From contig JAPLJC010000088.1 in NCBI GenBank assembly GCA_026388765.1, positions 1 through 58,685 of the forward strand: DNA of 58,685 nt. Direction: 5' to 3'. The translations under genes and the position numbers were made by a program. This DNA is from Deltaproteobacteria bacterium (GTDB lineage: Bacteria; Desulfobacterota; Desulfobaccia; Desulfobaccales; 0-14-0-80-60-11). The notes under the pieces are model-generated. The model was not told the origin of the DNA. It saw only the letters and a list, made by a program, of their open reading frames with translations, and did not search any database. Shown here piece after piece: positions 30,410-39,858 of the stretch. The stretch's first letter is position 1. Each line of letters starts with the position of its first letter.

Positions 30410-30889
30410 ATGGCCAAGTTGCTGATCGCGCTGGATAGTTCCGCAGGGGCCTGGCGCGCCGTGGAATACGTGGCTAAAACCTTCGGCCGGACCCCGGGGG
30501 TTGAGGTCACTCTACTGCACATTCTGTCGGGCCTCCCCCCGGCTTTCTGGGATGACGGCCACGTCCTCCAGGAAAAGGAACGGGAAGCCCGGAAACGACT
30601 GGTAGCCGGCTGGCAGCAAGATCAAGAAAAGAAATGGCAGGACCTGGTCAGCCAGGCCCACCAGCACCTCACTGCCGCCGGACTGGCCAAGGGTGCGGTG
30701 GCCAACAAATTTAAACCCAAATATTATGACGTGGCGGACGATATTATTGACGAAGCGCAGACGGGAGGATACGACACCATCGTCATGGGCCGCCGGGGAC
30801 TGGGGAAGGCCAAATCCCTGCTCCTGGGCAGCGTCACCCGCAAGGTCGTGGACGGCGCCAAGGGCTGCGCCGTGACCATAGTGGGGTAG
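30410..30889 (+). CDS. Universal stress protein
   Basis: LLIALDSS and IVMGRRG...LLGSVT motifs; RBS ggagg. Confidence 0.92.
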   Translation: MAKLLIALDSSAGAWRAVEYVAKTFGRTPGVEVTLLHILSGLPPAFWDDGHVLQEKEREARKRLVAGWQQDQEKKWQDLVSQAHQHLTAAGLAKGAVANKFKPKYYDVADDIIDEAQTGGYDTIVMGRRGLGKAKSLLLGSVTRKVVDGAKGCAVTIVG

Positions 30890-30910
30890 GTTACCCAGGC
30901 GTAAAAACAG

Positions 30911-30938
30911 AGGGCGGGATGATACCCGCCCTTTTTTT
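30911..30938 (+). terminator. Rho-independent terminator
   Basis: AGGGCGGG-ATGATA-CCCGCCCT followed by a T tract. Confidence 0.8.
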
Positions 30939-30982
30939 GGCTTTGGCTTACCGCGGCACCGGCCGGAGGCCCCTGCCGCCAA

Positions 30983-31849
30983 TTAGCGCCTAAACTGCAT
31001 CTCGATAAAGTTATCGTTGAGAATGCGGGCCAGGTCAAACCCCCGGGCCACCTCGGCTTTGCTGATGACAATACCCTTGTCGGCCAGTTCCTTGACCGTC
31101 AACTCCGGGGCGTGGCCGGCGAACAGGCGGCGCACGACGTTGTGCATAGTGGCGGAAGAGACGTTGCCCCGGGCCGGCACCCCGCGGGGCACGTCATTAT
31201 GGATCCGCTGGAAGAAAAAATCCACCTGGTGTTCCCCGGCCTGGCTGGAGAAGCGCACCACCCGGTCACCTTCGGCTCCTTCGTTCAAGATCTCCTGGGG
31301 CACATAATGGCTCAAAATTTGATCCGTGCGGTTCTGCTGGGCCAGATAGAGAATGGAAACCAGGTCGTAGTGGTCCAGGGAGCGCTGCTCGTCTTGTTCC
31401 ACCCGGCTGGTGCCGAACTTGCGAAACCGGTGCTCCGGGGCGCCGGCGGTGCGGTTCACCACCATGTCCACCCCGATGGTGCCCACCGAGCAGGAAAGGT
31501 TAAACTGGTTCTCGTCTTCGATGGGGACCCCGTTGCGCTTGAGTTTGTCCACGATGAGGCCGTGGCGGTGGCCGCAGAGGAGGCGGCGAATCAGGGCCTG
31601 CATCAAGTTGGGGGAGGCCTGGTACTTGGGTGACAGGGCCAGGGAAGCGAGCTTCTCCACGGTCATCTCCACGTAGTAGCCATCACTGCTCAGCCTCAGG
31701 TCAATCTTCCCGGCCGGCGCCCCGCCGGGGCCATAGCGCCGCCAGATCTCCTTCCAGTCATATTCCTTCAGGAGTCCCAGTACCGTAATCAAATCAAAAG
31801 AATCCAGTTCGCGCCCTTCCAGTTCCTCAACCTGACATTTGGCTTGCAT
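30983..31849 (-). CDS. Hypothetical protein with a tandemly duplicated domain
   Basis: 288-aa ORF with RBS ggagg; two alignable halves. Confidence 0.75.
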   Translation of the reverse strand: MQAKCQVEELEGRELDSFDLITVLGLLKEYDWKEIWRRYGPGGAPAGKIDLRLSSDGYYVEMTVEKLASLALSPKYQASPNLMQALIRRLLCGHRHGLIVDKLKRNGVPIEDENQFNLSCSVGTIGVDMVVNRTAGAPEHRFRKFGTSRVEQDEQRSLDHYDLVSILYLAQQNRTDQILSHYVPQEILNEGAEGDRVVRFSSQAGEHQVDFFFQRIHNDVPRGVPARGNVSSATMHNVVRRLFAGHAPELTVKELADKGIVISKAEVARGFDLARILNDNFIEMQFRR

Positions 31850-32129
31850 AGGCGGGCCTCCGGTATATTTTGAGATTAAAGATAAGCATCCGGCAGGCCC
31901 GACGCAATCTCTGCACTTAATTTCTAATAGCGCTGTCCTATTTTTTACCAGTTATTAATTCACGGCTCTTTGCCCTTGCCTGCCTTGCGTTTTTTCCGGA
32001 GATGCTTAGGTTTTAACTAAATCGAGGCAGTCACCGACTGCTGCTGTTTAATTGAAAATCCCTGGCCACCGAGGGCGCCCGGGCCGCTCCCTTGGCGGCG
32101 CGGAACCTGCTTAAGGGAAAGGAGAAAAC

Positions 32130-32705
32130 ATGGCAATAGAGATTTGCTGGTTGGATGATTTGCTCAAGGCCCAGGAAACCGCCCGGAAGGTCAATAAACC
32201 GATCCTACTGGATTTTTACAATCCCCAGTGACTGGGCTGCCAACAGCTGGGTGCGGTTACGTACCCTGACGAGCGCGTGGCCAAGTTTCTGTCCTTAAAC
32301 TTTGTCCCGGTGCAGCTCCAATCCTCCAACACCGCCATGATGCAGAAATTTTCGGTTAGTTGGACCCCTACCCTGATAGTGTTGGACGCGGACGGGCGGG
32401 AACATTACCGGGCCGTGGGCTTTTTCACCCCGGAGGACATGATCGCCACCTTCATGGCGGCCAAAGGTAGATGGGCCCTGGATACGGACCAGCTGGCCGA
32501 CGCCCGGGCCCTGTTCGAGGAGGTCATCTCCACCTACCCGGATAAGGACGCGGCCGCGGAGGCCCTCTTTTTCCTGGGGGTGGCCAAGTACAAGATGAGC
32601 CACGACCCCAAACCGTTGCGGGAAACCTACGATCAGCTCAAGGCCAGGTTTCCCCAAAGCATGTGGACCAAACAGGCGGACCATTATCGCCTGATCGGCA
32701 AGTAA
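32130..32705 (+). CDS. Thioredoxin-fold selenoprotein (UxxC) with C-terminal TPR-like helices
   Basis: RBS aaaggag, ATG 32130, KPILLDFYNPQ-TGA-LGC in frame with ORF 32277-32705, and WTPT cis-Pro motif. Confidence 0.85.
32249..32266 (+). promoter_or_regulatory. Candidate bacterial SECIS hairpin
   Basis: GGGTGCG-GTTA-CGTACCC; the loop starts with GT, 24 nt after the UGA. Confidence 0.65.
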
Positions 32706-32794
32706 AAAATGGGGACACCTCCTATTTTTCCGGGCAAGACCTTAATTTGGCGGGGATAAAAAATTAGGAAAAATAGGAGGTGTCCCTGTTTTTT
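32705..32794. repeat. REPIN/MITE family A, copy 3
   Basis: GGGGACACCTCCTATTTTT...AAAAATAGGAGGTGTCCC with homologous spacer. Confidence 0.85.
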
Positions 32795-32806
32795 CAGGGC
32801 GAAACC

Positions 32807-33364
32807 ATGGAAGTAATGATCGGCGGGGCTAAACTGGAACTGGTGGAGGGGGATATCACCCGGCAAGACGTGGACGCCATCGTCAATGCCGCCAACTCCT
32901 CCCTGCTGGGCGGCGGCGGGGTGGATGGGGCCATCCACCGGGCCGGGGGCCCCAGGATCCTGGAGGAGTGCCGCCAGCTAGGGGGCTGCCCCGCGGGCGA
33001 GGCCCGCCTCACCACCGGCGGCAACCTCAAGGCCCGCTACGTCATTCATACGGTGGGTCCAATTTATCAGGGCGGCGGTCAGCGGGAGGCCCAGTTGTTG
33101 ACTTCCTGTTACCGGGAGAGCCTCAAGCTGGCCACCGCTAAGGGGCTAAACTCCGTGGCCTTTCCGGCCATCTCCACCGGCGCCTATGGTTATCCCCTGG
33201 CCGAAGCGGCCCGGATCGCTCTGAAGACGGTAATGGACTATTTGGTCCAACATCCGCAGATTAAACTGGTCCGTTTCGTCTTGTTCGGCGCGGCAGCCTA
33301 CGAGGCGTATGAACAGGCCCTGCGGGAATTGCTGCGGGTTTTTCCGGGCGCCCGGGAGCAATGA
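32807..33364 (+). CDS. ymdB: Macro-domain O-acetyl-ADP-ribose deacetylase (YmdB-like)
   Basis: GDIT, VNAANSSLLGGGGVDGAIH and AFPAISTGAYGYP motifs. Confidence 0.92.
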   Translation: MEVMIGGAKLELVEGDITRQDVDAIVNAANSSLLGGGGVDGAIHRAGGPRILEECRQLGGCPAGEARLTTGGNLKARYVIHTVGPIYQGGGQREAQLLTSCYRESLKLATAKGLNSVAFPAISTGAYGYPLAEAARIALKTVMDYLVQHPQIKLVRFVLFGAAAYEAYEQALRELLRVFPGAREQ

Positions 33365-33380
33365 CAGCCTGGCAAATGAC

Positions 33381-33408
33381 AAAAAAGGCCCCACCCTTCG
33401 GTGGGGCC
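33381..33408 (-). terminator. Rho-independent terminator
   Basis: GGCCCCACC-CTTC-GGTGGGGCC with A6 on the left (U-tract on the minus strand). Confidence 0.75.
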
Positions 33409-33435
33409 CAGAAAATGACAAATTAATTCGTGGCT

Positions 33436-33852
33436 TTACTTCGTGGCTTCGATGCGGCCTTCCAGCTCGGCGACGTAATTTTCCAAAAATTCCTCGATGA
33501 GATATTCCCGACCCAGCTTTTTATCACTGCGGGGGAAAACTTCCACCGGAGCCCGGTCACCTTTCTTGGTATAACAGCACAGGGCCGGAATGGTTTTGCC
33601 GAAGTATTCCTTGTAATCCGAACCCCGAACCTCGCCGAAAATCGGGCGATACTCGGAAGCCGGACCACTGGAAGCTTTATGATACTGCTTGAAGGGGTCG
33701 GCCACATCGCCCAGGTCAATGGCCGCGGTCTCTACCCCATGGGACCCCACGCTTTTCAGCAAATTGAGCACGTTGGCGTTGTCGCACTTATATTTATCGA
33801 CCGGTTTGTGCTTAGTGCTGTAATAAAATTCTATGTAACCCAGTCTTGCCAT
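33436..33852 (-). CDS. Hypothetical protein
   Basis: 138-aa ORF with RBS ggagg and a downstream terminator. Confidence 0.7.
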   Translation of the reverse strand: MARLGYIEFYYSTKHKPVDKYKCDNANVLNLLKSVGSHGVETAAIDLGDVADPFKQYHKASSGPASEYRPIFGEVRGSDYKEYFGKTIPALCCYTKKGDRAPVEVFPRSDKKLGREYLIEEFLENYVAELEGRIEATK

Positions 33853-34046
33853 GTTTTTGCCTCCTCCCGATTTTTGGCAGAATTATTTGTGCACTCTTTC
33901 ACTAGACCCTGAAGTTAAATACCATCCATCGGCAAAATATGTCAAGGTTTTTTGTGGCCCACCGCCCGTTAGCAAAAAAAAATGGACCCTTAAGGCACGA
34001 TTATGTTAGAAAAATCTAGCCGAAAAATCTTGCCGGGGAGGAAACT

Positions 34047-34457
34047 TTGACCCAGAAATGGCTGCACCTGCCGAAATGGCTGCCCTGGCCCGAGGGCCAA
34101 CGCCTCAGCGCGGTCATCCAGGAGGCCGGCACCGGCGCCGTGTTGATGCTGGTGGAACTGGACCACGAGGCCCTGGAGCGCATCAAGGCCACCGGCCGAC
34201 TACATTATTACGATCCGCAGCGGCGCAAGGTGGTGGCCAAGGGCGAGGCCTCGGGCCATTTCCAGGAGGTGGAGGAGATTCGCCTCAACTGCCGGGGCGA
34301 CCAACTGCTCCTTAAGGTGCGCCCCGCCGGCGGCGCCTGCGAACTGGGTTACCAGTCCTGCTTCTTCCGCCGCCTGGGCCCGGACGGCTGGGAGATCGCC
34401 GACCCCAAGGTCTTCGACCCCGCGGAGGTCTATCCGGAGATCGCCTTTTCGCATTGA
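34047..34457 (+). CDS. Phosphoribosyl-AMP cyclohydrolase (HisI)-like protein, catalytic residues altered
   Basis: AVIQEAGTGAVLM, KGEASGHFQ and GAC.LGYQSCFFR match the HisI fold. Confidence 0.8.
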   Translation: MTQKWLHLPKWLPWPEGQRLSAVIQEAGTGAVLMLVELDHEALERIKATGRLHYYDPQRRKVVAKGEASGHFQEVEEIRLNCRGDQLLLKVRPAGGACELGYQSCFFRRLGPDGWEIADPKVFDPAEVYPEIAFSH

Positions 34458-34654
34458 TGCTTGGTAGCGCAGGCCTCCGGCCTGTGTAGCAAGGCACAGG
34501 CGAGACGCCTGCGCTACTAAAAGATAGGGGCGACCCAGCGGGTCGCCCCTACGTTTTTTACATATGGGATTGGGGATGGGGGTTTGGGGGAATTTTTTGT
34601 AAGGGTAAGGGCCCGCGGCCCTTAACCCCTTCCACCAAAACAATTATCCCTTCC

Positions 34655-35557
34655 TTAAATCTTAATCAATCCAGCCGCGGCCTTGGCGGCCATGACGGTG
34701 TTTTTCATCAGCATAGTGATGGTCATGGGGCCGACCCCGCCGGGGACCGGGGTGATGAAGGAGGCCTTGGCGGCACAAGACTCAAAGTGGACGTCGCCCT
34801 TCAAGATGGCCTTGCCGGTCTTCTCGCTGATGCCGACCCGGTTGACGCCGACGTCGATGACACAGCAGCCTTCCTTGATCCAGTCGCCCTGGACGTATTC
34901 AGGCACACCGGCGGCCACGATAAGGATGTCGGCCCGGCGGCAGTGCTCGATGATCTTCTCTTTGGGGGTGCCGGTGTGGACGCAGGTCACGGTGGAGTTG
35001 GCGCCGAGCCGCTTCTGGATCATGATGGCCACCATGGGTTTGCCCACGATGTTGGAGCGGCCTACCACCACCACTTCCTTGCCCTTAGGATCGCCGTAGG
35101 AGCGATTGATGAGCTCCTGGCAGCCCGCCGGGGTGCAGGGCAGAAAAACGTAGTTGCCGATCAGGATGCGGCCCACGTTCACCGGATGGAAGGCGTCCAC
35201 GTCCTTGTCGGGATTGATGGCTAACAGAATCTTGTTGGAGTCGATGTGCTTGGGCACCGGCAACTGGATCAGGATGCCGTGGATCTTGGGGTCCTTGTTG
35301 TATTTGTCGATCAGGGCCAGCAGGGCCGCTTCGGTGATGTCGGCGGGCTGGCTGTCCTGGATGGAATAGAAGCCCAGCTCATGGGAGGTCTTCTGTTTGG
35401 CGGTAACGTAGCTGACGGAAGCGGGGTTCTCGCCCACCAGGATGGTGACCAGGCCGGGAGTAACCTTATGTTTGGCCTTCAGTTCGTCAACTTCCTTCTT
35501 CAACTCCTCGCGGATCTGGGCGGCAACCTCCGCCCCTTTGATCAATTTAGCAGCCAT
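34655..35557 (-). CDS. folD: Methylenetetrahydrofolate dehydrogenase/cyclohydrolase
   Basis: YVTAK, KDVDAFHP, PCTP, GRSNIVGKP and TPVPGGVGPMT motifs. Confidence 0.96.
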   Translation of the reverse strand: MAAKLIKGAEVAAQIREELKKEVDELKAKHKVTPGLVTILVGENPASVSYVTAKQKTSHELGFYSIQDSQPADITEAALLALIDKYNKDPKIHGILIQLPVPKHIDSNKILLAINPDKDVDAFHPVNVGRILIGNYVFLPCTPAGCQELINRSYGDPKGKEVVVVGRSNIVGKPMVAIMIQKRLGANSTVTCVHTGTPKEKIIEHCRRADILIVAAGVPEYVQGDWIKEGCCVIDVGVNRVGISEKTGKAILKGDVHFESCAAKASFITPVPGGVGPMTITMLMKNTVMAAKAAAGLIKI

Positions 35558-36079
35558 GTACCTGGCCTCCTCACTTGTGATTTATTTCATTAATATCATC
35601 AATTTTTCATCAGCGTCAATCAAAAAATCCATTCCCGGGGTCAGCCGGGGAGCAAGGATTAGATGGGTAGACGGTACCGAGGTGAGGGTGAGGCATGAAC
35701 TGTAATGGTCAAGAATTGACCAGGCAACCTCCCCATCAAGGCACAATATCATCAGACAAAAAAGGATTCTGGCCCCCCCCCACACAAAAGGTCAATTTCG
35801 CTATTCAGATCATATCCGGATTTTTCGCTTATCTGAGGATAATTGTCTACTGTGGCAAGTTATCTTACTTTCCAAGGGTTCCCTTCTCATCCAAAATGCC
35901 CCTATCAAGCTGGCAGGGAATTTAAACAAGAAAAGTAGGTAACCACCCTGCAATTTAAATTGTCCTTAGATCCCAAAGGGCCTAAGATGTTACCGAGCGT
36001 CGGCCTGCTCAGCGGCGCAAGAGACAACCAGCGTCCTGGGTCTGCCTTGTTTTCTTGGCTTACATCGGAATGAAAAACC

Positions 36080-37030
36080 ATGAATCAAGCCGAATCGCCC
36101 CGGCATCCCCGGGTAGCGAGCCTCATACTGGGCATAATGCTGACACTCATCGGATTCCAACCCCGAGTCTGGGCTGCTGAGTCCGCCACCGGGGTGTATC
36201 TGCTGGGTTATCAAAGTACCATGTCCGGCTATCTGCCCGGCCCAGGCTTTTATTTGCGGGATGATTTCTATGTCTATCAGGGAAACGCCAAAAACGTGCC
36301 CTTTTCCCGGCGAATCGAGGTGGATGTGCGCAGTCGCTTCATCACCGATCTGGTAGCAGCCACCTATGTGACACCTCTGGAAATTCTCGGGGCCCACTAC
36401 GCCGCGGGGATCATCTGGTCATCGGTGGCCAATGACTTTTTGAAAGGGCGCCTGCACCCGGTACTCCGCACCGGGGAAGGGAACTATACCGGGGTGTCGG
36501 ACCTGACGGTTACTCCCGTTAATCTCGGCTGGCATCTGGGACAGTTTCATATCATGGCCATGGGAAATTTCTATGCCCCAGTGGGGTCGTATGATCCCAA
36601 TCGCCGGCTGAACACCGGCCTGAACCGCTGGGCCCTGGAGCCCAATCTGGCGGTCACCTGGCTCCAGCCCAAATATGGGCAGGAATTCTCCATTTCCATG
36701 GGCTATACGGTGAACTTCGAAAATCCCGCCACGCAGTATAGAACCGGCAACGAATTCCATCTGGAGTACTTCCTGGGCCAGCACCTGCCCAAGGGCTTCG
36801 CCGTGGGTCTGGCGGGCTACGTCTATAACCAGATGACCGCGGACACTGGTCCCGGCGCCACCCGGGGCGCTTTCCACGGCCAGGCCATCGCCCTGGGACC
36901 ATGCCTCACCTTCAATGGCAAGATCGCCGGTCATGACATCGGCCTGAATGCCAGATATTACAACGAAGTAAAGCTAGTTAACCGTTTCAATGGGCAGACC
37001 TTTTTTTTAACCTTGAGCCTCGGAATTTGA
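36080..37030 (+). CDS. SphA/phenol-MetA-type outer-membrane beta-barrel channel
   Basis: Signal peptide; PGPGFY, YAPVGSYD, LNTGLNRW, NFENPATQYRTG and GYVYNQMTAD motifs. Confidence 0.8.
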   Translation: MNQAESPRHPRVASLILGIMLTLIGFQPRVWAAESATGVYLLGYQSTMSGYLPGPGFYLRDDFYVYQGNAKNVPFSRRIEVDVRSRFITDLVAATYVTPLEILGAHYAAGIIWSSVANDFLKGRLHPVLRTGEGNYTGVSDLTVTPVNLGWHLGQFHIMAMGNFYAPVGSYDPNRRLNTGLNRWALEPNLAVTWLQPKYGQEFSISMGYTVNFENPATQYRTGNEFHLEYFLGQHLPKGFAVGLAGYVYNQMTADTGPGATRGAFHGQAIALGPCLTFNGKIAGHDIGLNARYYNEVKLVNRFNGQTFFLTLSLGI

Positions 37031-37082
37031 ATATTTGCTGGAAGACCTGCAAGACCAGTGGACCTAACCGAAAGGAGGACAC

Positions 37083-38588
37083 ATGGAACAAAAGGCACAC
37101 AGCAAGGCTATGAAGTGGGCGGCGGTAGGCAGCGTCCTGGCCGCGGCTACCATCCTGTGCGCCGCTCTGGGGCCGGGGCCGAGCAAGGCGGAGGAGGCGC
37201 CCAAGGCCAACAAGAAACCCAACATCGTCTTCATGTTCATGGACAACATCGGCTACGGCGAGCTGGGTTGTTACGGCGGCGGTATCTTGCGCGGCGCGCC
37301 GACACCGCGCATCGACAAGCTCGCCAGCGAAGGCATGCGCCTGCTCAACTTCAACGTCGAGGCGCAGTGCACGCCTTGCCGGTCGGCATTCATGACGGGC
37401 CGCTTCTCCATCCGGTCGGGCACGTACGAAGTCCCGATCGGGGGCGTCCCGGACGGGCTCACGCTGTGGGAGGTCACCATTGCGAAGTTGTTGTCGGCGC
37501 AGGGCTACGCCACCGGCATGTGGGGCAAGTGGCATCTCGGCAGCGCCGAAGAGCGGTTCCCCACCCATCAGGGTTTCGATGAGTGGTACGGCATCCCGCG
37601 CACCTACGACGAGGCGATGTGGCCGTCGTTGAATGAGACGAATAGCATGTGGCCCTCGATTGGCAACAAGCAGGGTTGGAATGCGAAGATCGTCCCGCCC
37701 CAATACATTTACGAAGCGCGGAGAGGCGAGAAGGCCAAGAAGGTCGCAGTACTGGACGTGGAACAGCGGCGGAACATGGAAAAGGAGATCACGACCCGCG
37801 CCGTGGAGTTCATCAAGCGCAATGCGAGTGCGGGCAAGCCGTTCTTTGCCTACGTTCCGTTTTCGTTGGTTCACTTCCCGACCCTGCCAAATCCGGAGTT
37901 TGCCGGCAAAACCGGCAACGGCGATTGGGCCGATTGCCTGGCCGAGATGGACTACCGGACCGGACAAATCCTCGATGCCATCAAGGAAGCCGGCATTGAA
38001 GACAACACGCTGGTCATCTTCACGAGCGACAATGGCCCGGAGGCGACCCACCCTTGGGAGGGCGACAGCGGACCGTGGCGGGGCACGTATTTCACGGCGA
38101 TGGAGGGCTCGCTACGCGCACCGTTCATTATCCGCTGGCCGGGCAAAGTGCCGGCGGGCAGCGTCAACAACGAGATTGTTCACATCGTGGACCTCTTCAC
38201 GACCCTCGCCCGCGTGGGCGGAGCAAAGATCCCGAAGGATCGCCCGATTGATGGCGTGGACCAGTTGGATTTCTTCTTGGGCAAGCAGGAGACCTCCAAC
38301 CGTGAAGGATTCCCCGCCTTCGTGGCCGACCGGTTGTCGGCCGTCAAGTGGCGCAACTGGAAGGCGCACCTGATCTGGCAGGAGAACATGTACGACCCGC
38401 CGCAGAGACTTCCCTTGCCGAAGCTCTTCAACCTCCTGACCGATCTGAAGGAGGAGCGCGACGTGGGCGCCCAGAACTCCTGGGTCTCCTACCCGATGAC
38501 GAGGATAATCGGTGAGTTCGAGGCCAGCCTGAAGAAATACCCGCCGATCAAGATCGGCACGCCGGACCCGTATGTTCCCCCGAAATAG
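37083..38588 (+). CDS. Secreted arylsulfatase (Cys-type)
   Basis: KPNIVFMFMDN, CTPCR (CxPxR), GKWHLG, FTSDNG and LFNLLTD motifs. Confidence 0.93.
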   Translation: MEQKAHSKAMKWAAVGSVLAAATILCAALGPGPSKAEEAPKANKKPNIVFMFMDNIGYGELGCYGGGILRGAPTPRIDKLASEGMRLLNFNVEAQCTPCRSAFMTGRFSIRSGTYEVPIGGVPDGLTLWEVTIAKLLSAQGYATGMWGKWHLGSAEERFPTHQGFDEWYGIPRTYDEAMWPSLNETNSMWPSIGNKQGWNAKIVPPQYIYEARRGEKAKKVAVLDVEQRRNMEKEITTRAVEFIKRNASAGKPFFAYVPFSLVHFPTLPNPEFAGKTGNGDWADCLAEMDYRTGQILDAIKEAGIEDNTLVIFTSDNGPEATHPWEGDSGPWRGTYFTAMEGSLRAPFIIRWPGKVPAGSVNNEIVHIVDLFTTLARVGGAKIPKDRPIDGVDQLDFFLGKQETSNREGFPAFVADRLSAVKWRNWKAHLIWQENMYDPPQRLPLPKLFNLLTDLKEERDVGAQNSWVSYPMTRIIGEFEASLKKYPPIKIGTPDPYVPPK

Positions 38589-38649
38589 GCAAACCGGGGG
38601 TCTGTCGCCGTATTACGCCGAGGACATTGTCACTATACCTTTTGTCCTG

Positions 38650-38919
38650 CAAATTGCCCAGGAGAGCGTGTCCCTGAAGCGGCAGGCATCCCCGCTCTTT
38701 TACCGGAACAGCCGGACCCTCGCGGTGACCTGTGGGGTGATATTTCTGATAGCCACCTGGATGAGCCTGGGGAAAACCTATGGCTGGTGGACAGGAGGGC
38801 TGGGCTATCAGGCGGTGTCCTTCGGCTTGATTGGGTTAGGCCTATGGCTCAACCGTTGGGATCCTCAATATGCGCGCAGTAGGGCAACGTCATTTGTTAA
38901 CCCGGATCAGCCGGGATGA
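38650..38919 (+). pseudogene. Possible C-terminal remnant of a membrane protein
   Basis: Two TM-like segments and no convincing start or RBS. Confidence 0.3.
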
Positions 38920-39012
38920 TTTCGGATTAAATGCGCATAGTATTTCAGGATAAAAAATTTCCGGGGCTCCAGTTTCTTACGCCCTGGAATTTTCGCGTTG
39001 GAGCCTAAATTA

Positions 39013-39858
39013 ATGAAAAACCTTCTCCAAATGGAAATTTCTCGCAGGAAATTTATGACCCTTGCCCTCGGGGCGTCTGTTTGTTGCCTGTGGCCCGCAC
39101 CCTCTTGGGCTGGATCAATGGGGCCGATCTCGGCCGGGGGAGAGAAAAACTACTATCTGGCCCATAGGGAAGATTTGTTGAAGGCGTTTCATGAAACCAA
39201 CAATGGGGCCTGGCAATATCTGGCGGCCAGGGATGGGGAAAAGCTGGCCCACGCGGTTACCCGGGAGGCGGCGAGCCGGTTCTCGTCCTTGCTCCCCCGC
39301 TTGCCCGACGTGGGCGGGGAGCAAAATATCGACACCCCGTATCTCCCCATTGCCGCCTGGTACCTGGCCTACTACCAACCCATGCAGGCCTATGGGAAGA
39401 CTGCGGCGGACGTGGGCCGCATGATTTATGACCTGAATGAAACGGGTTTGACGAGATACCCAAAGGCCCAGGCCCTGACGGAGGGGGCCCGCTGGTTCAC
39501 CCGTTCCAATCTGGAAAATATGCAAAAGTGGGCCGCATGGACCCAGAAGTGGGAATATCCGGCCAATTGGGAGGCTACGTTAATCCAGGGAGACGGCAAG
39601 GACTTTGATTTCGGCTATGACTATCAAGAGTGTGCCGTAGTCAAGTATCTCCAATCCCAGAGGGCTTCGGAACTGGCACCTTATGTCTGTTTGAATGATT
39701 TTCTCAAAAGCCGGGCCTTTGGCACCGGCCTGAGGCGCAGCAAGACCCTGGCCCAGGGCGATGCGGTCTGCAACTTTCGCTATAAGAAAGGCCGGCAGGT
39801 GACCCAGGATTGGGACACCGAGGTTCCCAAATTTTCGGTCCGGGGAAGAACGTCTTAA
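39013..39858 (+). CDS. Tat-exported protein with L-2-amino-thiazoline-4-carboxylate hydrolase-like domain
   Basis: SRRKFM twin-arginine signal; DYQECAV, YVCLND and LRRSKTLAQGDAVCNFRY motifs. Confidence 0.8.
   Translation: MKNLLQMEISRRKFMTLALGASVCCLWPAPSWAGSMGPISAGGEKNYYLAHREDLLKAFHETNNGAWQYLAARDGEKLAHAVTREAASRFSSLLPRLPDVGGEQNIDTPYLPIAAWYLAYYQPMQAYGKTAADVGRMIYDLNETGLTRYPKAQALTEGARWFTRSNLENMQKWAAWTQKWEYPANWEATLIQGDGKDFDFGYDYQECAVVKYLQSQRASELAPYVCLNDFLKSRAFGTGLRRSKTLAQGDAVCNFRYKKGRQVTQDWDTEVPKFSVRGRTS

Noticed and set aside
32229-32231. Thioredoxin pseudogene with a nonsense mutation
   Set aside because: The TGA falls at the redox Cys position and is followed by a SECIS-like hairpin, so Sec is the better explanation.
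35558-35800. ZTP or THF riboswitch upstream of folD
   Set aside because: No recognisable consensus (e.g. CGCCUGGGC pseudoknot partner) by eye; an Rfam scan would settle it.
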